Shown: piece after piece, positions 55,836 through 64,000 of the stretch | How the letters are laid out: each line of letters opens with the position of its first letter | Numbering within the stretch: position 1 is the first letter of the stretch | Source of the DNA: Octopus vulgaris | Lineage: Eukaryota | Assembly: GCA_951406725.2 (NCBI GenBank) | Contig: OX597825.1 | Span: forward strand, 17,608,001 to 17,672,000 | Reading direction: 5' to 3' | Length of the DNA stretch: 64,000 nt | Made by a program: the position numbers and the translations under genes | The notes under the pieces: model-generated | Seen by the model: the letters and a program-made list of their open reading frames with translations, nothing else | What the model was told of the DNA's origin: nothing | Database searches by the model: none

Positions 55836-56430
55836 AACTATGCAAATTGCAGAAATGACAACACAACTGAGAGTGGTAAATGTAGAATGCATGATGTGAG
55901 TGGTGAGTCAGTGTGGAGCATCGTCAGTGAATGACCGAACAAGACACAACGCTAATACAAAAGACATGACAAGGTGGTAAGAAGGATCTTTTGGAAACTT
56001 TCTGAAATTATGGTCGATGACGATTAAAGATATGTTATGCCCAAATCTTAGAGGGAGTTACTAAGAATGTAGATAGTAAAATTCTGATGAATGCAATAAT
56101 TCACTTTGACCATTAGATCGAACAGGGCAAATCTGTTATTATTGTGGTGGAACAAGAAGAAAAAAACATACTTGTGATCGCTGTAGCATGTTCCATTGAC
56201 AACAGATTCAAAGAGAAAGAAGAAAAGGGGTGCAACTATGAGATAGTACATCTAAGAAAACTGATATCGTTACCAGGGATTGATTGCTGGTACTTATCGA
56301 TATTTAAATAATGTCCGAAAGAAATAGCTCCATTAATGTCAAAATGAAGGGGACCATGTAAGAAAATATGGAACACAAAGACAGTAACAACGCTAGCGAC
56401 CATCGAAATACTAGGTCTCATGGAAAAAGG
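55836..56430 (+). mobile_element. R4/Dong-like (RLE-endonuclease) non-LTR retrotransposon C-terminal fragment, degenerate
   Basis: Manual translation: DNTTESGKCRMHDVSGESVWSIVSE*P...*YKRHDKVVRRIFWKL (decayed CCHC knuckle plus RHD); EGVTKNVDSKILMN...DH*IEQGKSVIIVVEQEEKNILVIAVACSIDNRFKEKEEK (decayed PD..D RLE); KKIWNTKTVT...ILGLMEKG. Confidence 0.75.
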
Positions 56431-58279
56431 GGAGAGGAATATTCACTAACCGTATCCGAAACAAAACTAATATTTATGTAGTTCAGAATATCGCAATTCT
56501 TGGAACATTCTTCGACAAGTGTTTCGAATCAAATTACATCTTCTCTAAGGCATCTCAATTCTAGAGTTTCCTCGTGGCTATGCAACCTATAAAACACGAT
56601 ATTAATAATATAACATTTATTTCATCATTTCAAAAGGGATCCCATATTTTGCTTTACTTTTTTGTCCATTTATATATTTATCCAACTGCTTTTGATAAAA
56701 GAGGTATGAAGTATTTTATTCATTACCAATAATAGTTATTTCATGTATATTATAATGCATTTCAACCTATTTGTCCATTCATTCCTTTCAACTATTATTC
56801 ACTTTATATTCTCCCTATTTGTTTCCTTCAGTATACATTAGCCTTCTAGGACTATTCCTAACGCATTCCTTCTCCAAAATCCTCCCTTTTCCTTGCTATA
56901 TATATATCTATAAATCCTAATCTCTCTTCCTTTTAAATCAAATGCCTCTTTCTATTGCCTTTAGAGTAACAAATTGACATTCTTTTATGTGAGCCTTTCA
57001 TACTGTTTTCCCATCATAAATTTCACTTAATAAATGCACATGGTCTTTCAACAATTCCTTATATATATTCCTTCCTCACATTTAATACACTTTTACTTTC
57101 TCTAATGCCATACATATCACTTTTATATATAAAACATCTGTCTACCTCACTTCCAACTGTAAATGTATTGCCATTGGCTTGGCTATATAATTACAGAATC
57201 TCCACATTATTAAACGGACAATGTGGATGCAAAATATAGCCTTTTCGGTATTTTCGTATGAACTTTTAATTCAAACTCTCTGCAGGTCACTTCTAAATTT
57301 ACAGTGCCAAGCATGCCGGATCTGCATTGATTGAAACAAGCTGTCTTTCCCAAATCAGATATGATACTATTTTCTCATCTATATTGATTAGCCTTTCGCA
57401 ACAAAAGTTATCTCAAACATAAAGAGATATATGTAATTAATGGATTCTTGAGATATTCCTTCCAGTAAGTTATCGATTCTCATTATATGATATATAAACG
57501 TGTAGCTAACTGGCATATTGAATATTCTTGACAATGCATTTTTCATGTGTGTACATCCATATCTCAGAAGTGAGAAGGTGATAAATATAAGCTACACTTG
57601 AATTCCAAAGCAGTCCTATTCTGGATACCATAATCTACCAAAGAACATCCATTACGCGATGATATTATGGCTAAAAACAACGGAGCGAGACATTCACCGG
57701 ATACTATGCACATTAGAGAATTGCGTATATAAGTGAGCGTCATGTGTGACGTGTGTGTGTTCCTGCGTGTGTTTGTGTGTGTGTGTGCGTGTGTGGAATG
57801 TATGCTGCAATATAAACCCATTCAGATAGGTTGTTTTGGTCAAGATGTATCCGGGAATAAATAATATCTCAGGCACTCCTTGGCGCGATTTGTGAAGATA
57901 GTGTTTGAAATTTATAAATTACTTTTCTTCCCTGATTTCTGTCGAGACGTAATGTTAAATAATGCAGGCTCGTGACACTAGGTTAAGATTGCTATATGTG
58001 TTTCCGCGATGACTTTAGTTGCTGATTCACCAGATGATATCAAAAGAAAGAAATAATACAAGCTATTTTGAATGTGTGGCGTCGTATTTCAACCTGTCGT
58101 TAAATGTGCAAATTCTACAGTCGTAGGCCAACCTAAGCGCGGAGTAAGGGGACATAAACCTCAGTCTATCCTGGTTTCAAATTTTCCCCTAAGTGTGGTG
58201 GAATTTTGCAGACGCTGGGTACCAGAAACAAACCTGAATTCTGCAGTGTTATTTCCTTCATTTAGTTTTATATGTTTAC

Positions 58280-59084
58280 ACATTCAGCACCTTCAGATGT
58301 TCTACATTTGAAGAAATGCATCGGACCAGATGTGTTTTCCACTGTTCGAAGCAGTGCTAGAAACCCTGCAGTGATGCCTTTTAACGCAACCTTCATTTTC
58401 TTCTTTACTTCTTCCATGTGTGAAAATTCTGTAGCACCAGCTTTCATCACCAATGATGACCTTCGAAAAAAGTCTGGATCAACTTCCAACTATTATTTCA
58501 GTTCAAGGCACGCGTTCAGGCATGATTGGCTTTGAGCTTCCATGAGCAAGCGAGCTATAAATTTTCATTCGCAAAACCTCGCTCAAAATCGTTGACAAGA
58601 GCTCCAGGACTTGCCAAACATACCAACAAGTTCATCAATTGTTCAGTGAGGGCCTTCCAAGATTAGTTCATGAATTTTCATGATGTTTTCATTCGTAAGG
58701 GAGGTTCACGTTCGCACTGAACGAGGTTGGTCTTCAAGTGACAATTCACCATTCCTAAAGAGTGGAAACCACTCGTAAACTTGTGTGCCGCTCATAGCAG
58801 CGTCCTTGTAAGGACTATTTCGGTGAACGTTTTCCTCAGCAGAAAACAGAATTTCACAAAAGTACTATGTACCTTCATTTCAGACGTCGCAAAATCGACG
58901 AACAGGGGAGAAGCACTGGAAAACAAAGATACAAAACGTGGGACTACGAAATCACCCGACGACACCGGTTGGCAGGCCGATGCCTGAGTGTTGCATCATG
59001 TGGTTTCTAGCGGAGGAAGCCAGAACTATACCAGGCATGTCTCACGGAGGACGTTTCCGGTTACTTTTAAGAACTCCCCGCGTA
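58280..59084 (-). mobile_element. Mariner (DD34D-type) transposon relic with catalytic core deleted
   Basis: Minus-strand translation VKFCFLLRK...YKDAAMSGTQVYEWF..FRNGELSLEDQPRS...TIDELV...LEVDPDFF...GDESWCY, then a jump to ...EEVKKK...CFEQWK...RCI; TIR-like end ttccggttacttttaagaactccccgcg-TA. Confidence 0.85.
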
Positions 59085-59461
59085 CAATTTGCAGCATTAC
59101 TTTACTGCCTAGAGGCAGCTGCAGGTCTTCTGCATATTAATGACTACAACCGCTTCTGGGAGTTTAAGGATCAGACAATGAAACTCTCAAGAAAATATAA
59201 ACTTACACCGAGTAATAATACTTTACTGTATTCTGCTTATGCTTTAACACTGTATTGTCTGTATATATCAAAAAGATGATGAGCTGCCACTTGTGCCAGG
59301 GGAGAAGGAAATTGTATGGAATCGAATGGGGCGGGTTGCCCCCGTAATTCAAAAGTCTAGCCCTGTCGTGTACTATAACAAGAAGGTTGTAACTAAGGGT
59401 TATTTTAATAATTTAAATCAATTTACACTCTGAGTCAATGCGCGGAGCAATCAATCTGTGC

Positions 59462-60170
59462 ATTTCTACTACAGGTACAAGGCCTGAAATTTTGTAGGAG
59501 GGAGCTAATTAATTACATCGACCACAGAATCTAAGCTCACAATGTAGTAACGGAAAAAATGCAGGTCTTTCGATTTTACGATTTAAACACTGTACCACGT
59601 TACTCTTAGGAAATTCATACTCTATTACGCGTAACCCATATTTCAATATACCTAAATAGCACCATATATTTTTCAATTAATATTATTCCTCACAAACATC
59701 ATAAACATCACAAATATTGTAATTAAAACAGAAACTGTGATGATTACGCTTTTGTCAAAGGGAAAATTCAACGTAAATGAAATTAAATCGCTTTAGGAGA
59801 TGAAAGAAAACTTAGTTGAGTGGCTACTGGGTGGATTAATACGTTCCATATCTCATCAAATGCTATAGTAAATGAGATATTGCTTTCAAATTTTGGCGAA
59901 AGGCTTGCAATTTGGAGAGCGGAGGAGGTCCATTAGATCGACATCAGTAATCAACTGGTACTTATTTTACTGACCCCGCTAAGGCAATGTCTATACTTCA
60001 GCGGAATTTTTTGAAAAACATGACGTAACGACAGACGAAATGCCGCTAAGCAATCTCCCCGGTGTGCTAACGATTTTCTTTTACTCTAGGTACAAAGCTC
60101 GAAATGTTGGTGGATGGGCCAGTCGATTAGATCGATCCCAGTACGCAACTGGTTCTTAATTCATCGACAT
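59462..60170 (-). mobile_element. Cluster of three diverged SINE family C copies or fragments (about 59462-59560, 59878-60075, 60076-60170)
   Basis: Repeated tttctact.caggtacaaggcctgaaatt, gtcgattagatcga, caactggtactta and gtgctaacgatt motifs. Confidence 0.72.
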
Positions 60171-60184
60171 CGATCTTGGTTTCA

Positions 60185-60530
60185 GGAATTCCCGATAAGT
60201 TATGAATACTCAAATAGCCCATAGGAATAGAAACTTTGAGGAGGCAAGTCCCTGTCAGTTAGTGGAGGAAGATATTAAACTATAAACAGGGTGAGGAACG
60301 GTTCAGTTTCTTGTAGAGGGTGTGCATGGATTTTACATGTTGGAAAAGAAGGTGAGATAAAGATGAAAGAATACCTGGAGTTGCAAGGAATAAAAAAGGA
60401 TGATGAGGTTCACAAAAAGGCTTAAGGTATGTCGAAGAATCGATTTACAAGTTTCTATGGTAAGAACATTGAGACTGTGAAGAAGGAGGGGATGAGAACG
60501 TGAATAAGGGGTGTGAAGAAATAAATTGAG
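60185..60530 (-). mobile_element. Possible highly decayed L2/CR1-group LINE 3' fragment
   Basis: HTPYSRSHPLLLHSLNVLTI resembles the L2-type ...PY.SH..PL...LN.L.. motif; weak. Confidence 0.3.
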
Positions 60531-60736
60531 AGATAGGGGAGGAGAAGAAAGAGATCGAGGAAGAAAAACAGAGAGGGAGGGAGGGAGAGAGAGAGTGAAA
60601 GAGAGGGAGAGAGAAATATAAAAAACATCAAACATACAGGAGGACTCAGACATATTCATATCTAATTGAATATCTATGTATCTGTCTATCCCACCATCTC
60701 TCCTTTCTCCCACTCTCTCTCTCCTTTCTCTCTCTT

Positions 60737-60779
<43 letters not shown>

Positions 60780-60886
60780 GCGCACACAGATAGATAGATA
60801 TATCGATTGGTTGATAGAAAGAGAGATAAATAGTTATGTAGATATGTAAATAGACAAACAGACGGATCGATAGAGTAGAACACATA

Positions 60887-61200
<314 letters not shown>

Positions 61201-61959
61201 AGAAAAAGAGCCATATCTACTTTCTTCAAGTTGTGTGCGTGTGTATGTGTGTATGAAAACGGAATCTGAATATATAATTCTCGAAGCGATTTGTGTATTC
61301 TCACAAATTATTGATGATGGGGAAAATTATGGCTTCAGGTGATTTCTATGTGATATAATTTTTTCATAATTCTATGCTTTCATACCTCGCAACGAATATA
61401 AAATTCAGGCTATATATGCATACGGGTGCGTATGTATGTGTGCGCGTGCGCGTTTATACATATATATTACGTATTTGATTGTACGATATGTATTTATCTG
61501 TGCATATATATATAGCTGTGTAATATATATGTGCACATTTCTCTGCATATATGTACAAATATATGTGTCTGTGTGTGTTTCTGTGTATGTTTGTGTATAC
61601 TTTCATGAATATATAGATATATATGTGTATGCATATATATAGATATGTATGTATCTATAGATATGTGTGTGTGTGTATGTATGTGTATCTATCCATATCT
61701 GTCTATGTATATATATAATATCGATTTTTCTATCACATTTGCTACATCGAATATAATAAATCATATAGCAGACTCTCACATATACCCCCGCACAATCATC
61801 TCAATACATCACAACATATGTACGTAAACAAATATGAAAATATACACATACATATATGTATGTAAATACATATAGAGATATTCGTTTCATGTATGAGGTG
61901 TGTGCGTATGTCTGTGGCATGTTTGGGTAGGCTTAGGTGTGTCATATATCTACATACAT

Positions 61960-62210
<251 letters not shown>

Positions 62211-63730
62211 ATGTGCAAACGTAAAAACGATTATAACAGAAAATTGTTAACATACACACATCAACATACATCATTGTGCCCAAGTATGTGTTCGCTTATG
62301 TATATACATGCACTTTTGTCTGTGCGTGCACCTGCGTGTTGCCAGCGTGTGCTTACTTATATGTGTGTATATATCTAACCTTGGTATATATCTACGACTA
62401 TCTTTATTATGGTTTTGTGTATATCTCCTTGCAGCAATTATGATATACCGGGCGTTTTATATTTCCTTGAATCTTCTGCAATATTAGGAAGTCTGATGCT
62501 AGAACAATCAAATCTTGTGAATTTACGTGACGGAATCAACATTTAAATGGCCAATCATAACATCATAATAGGCTGGAATGCCAATGTAAAAATATTTTTA
62601 TGAATGCTATTCACACACAGCCACTGACACGTGTGTGTGTATGCACATAACTGTGCATATCCTCACTTATGTTCTTTTATACATACACACAGAAAACCTG
62701 AAAGATATATATCCACATATATCCACATATATATATCCACGTATAACATCGTTGATATATTTCACTATATGCGAAACGAAATGATATATTTTCCGCTTTT
62801 TTATTTCACAATATATTTTTTTTATCGAAATTATGACAACAAATTACGTATGACGAATACACATATGAACTCTTTCTGTGGACATCTTTGATAATTTCAT
62901 GGATACGTACATGGATAAATGAATATATAATAACATTTTGAGATACACTTATAATCGGGTGGATTGCAAGTTATACCTGAATATTAATATTACGTATTTA
63001 TTACAGATAAATTTAGTGCCTATCATCGAGTCAAGTAAAGATATGCTTATCATAAGCAGTATAGAAGTAGGTATACATTTATATATAATTAATCATTCAG
63101 CAGATAATAATTCTACAAGTTATGGCTTGGCTATATATGCTGATCTGTGCAAGGCGCGAATATGACCGTAATCATCTCTTTTATTTGGAAAATGAAATAT
63201 AAGAAAGCATAACTATGTCAAAATTTCAAGGCGGCTCTGTGAAATATCAAATATAACTAAATACACTGTTATCCATGATTATATTCATTTAATGACACTG
63301 CTGATGAACGGTGGGTATACAAGCTTATTCTAACCTTTTAAAGTAATTTTGTTTGTTTTGTTTCAACGAGGACTGCCATATTTATCCATGTAAAGCTCAA
63401 AGAACGTGGGAATATTTGTCCTTGAATGAATGGTAAAACAGATCGTGGGTAACCCTTTCATTTCATTTTCTCTACATGAATTGAATAAGTGAATTGCTAG
63501 AGGGCTTTCTAAAGCGAGGTTTTGTAATGATTGAAAATGTTTAACGTTTTCTATTACACGCTGAGTTGTGTATAATCACTTATACTTAAATACATCGTTC
63601 CGGCTTAATTCTAGCTTCAATTTGGAGTTTAAACATGATGTCTACTATAAAACTAAGTTTATGCACCGATTATCTTACGACACTAGGCGTAATATTACTT
63701 GCATCATATATAAATCGTATGTGGTTTATC

Positions 63731-63771
<41 letters not shown>

Positions 63772-64000
63772 TATGTATATACACACACATATACACACAC
63801 ACATATATATATATACAGAGAGAGAGACAGAGAGAGAGAGAGATTGATTTATAGATAGACACCTATATGTATATGTATATATATATATGTATATGTATAT
63901 GTATATATGTACAGACATATATACAAATATTCATTCGTTAGAGTACATTCAGTGAATAGCTACTTCGTTTAGACGAATTGAGATATAGTTTGTGATGTTC

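Noticed and set aside
59296-59365. Possible tiny hAT-like MITE (CAGGG...CCCTG)
   Set aside because: Only a 5-bp terminal match and no 8-bp TSD.

Overview
AT-rich, microsatellite-saturated eukaryotic non-coding DNA with no intact protein-coding gene, rRNA, tRNA gene or CRISPR array that I can support. The SINE families and the (TA)n/(GATA)n/(AAT)n density strongly suggest an octopus (coleoid cephalopod) intron or intergenic region; this is recognition from memory, not a database result. Contents: about 20 tRNA-derived SINE copies from at least four families; decayed LINE fragments (CR1-type 3' end, RTE-type RT with an internal inversion, R4/Dong-type zinc-knuckle plus RLE endonuclease); two Tc1/mariner transposase relics; a 0.77-kb and a 0.13-kb tandem duplication; and six fold-back (inverted-repeat) structures. 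Nearly all ORFs in the supplied track are artefacts of simple repeats. I found no convincing new multi-gene system. The most interesting signal is a recurring architecture of palindromes centred on (TA)n or compound microsatellites. One is a perfect 230-bp palindrome (334-563) with a complete out-and-back template-switch signature, suggesting (TA)n tracts generate hairpins locally.
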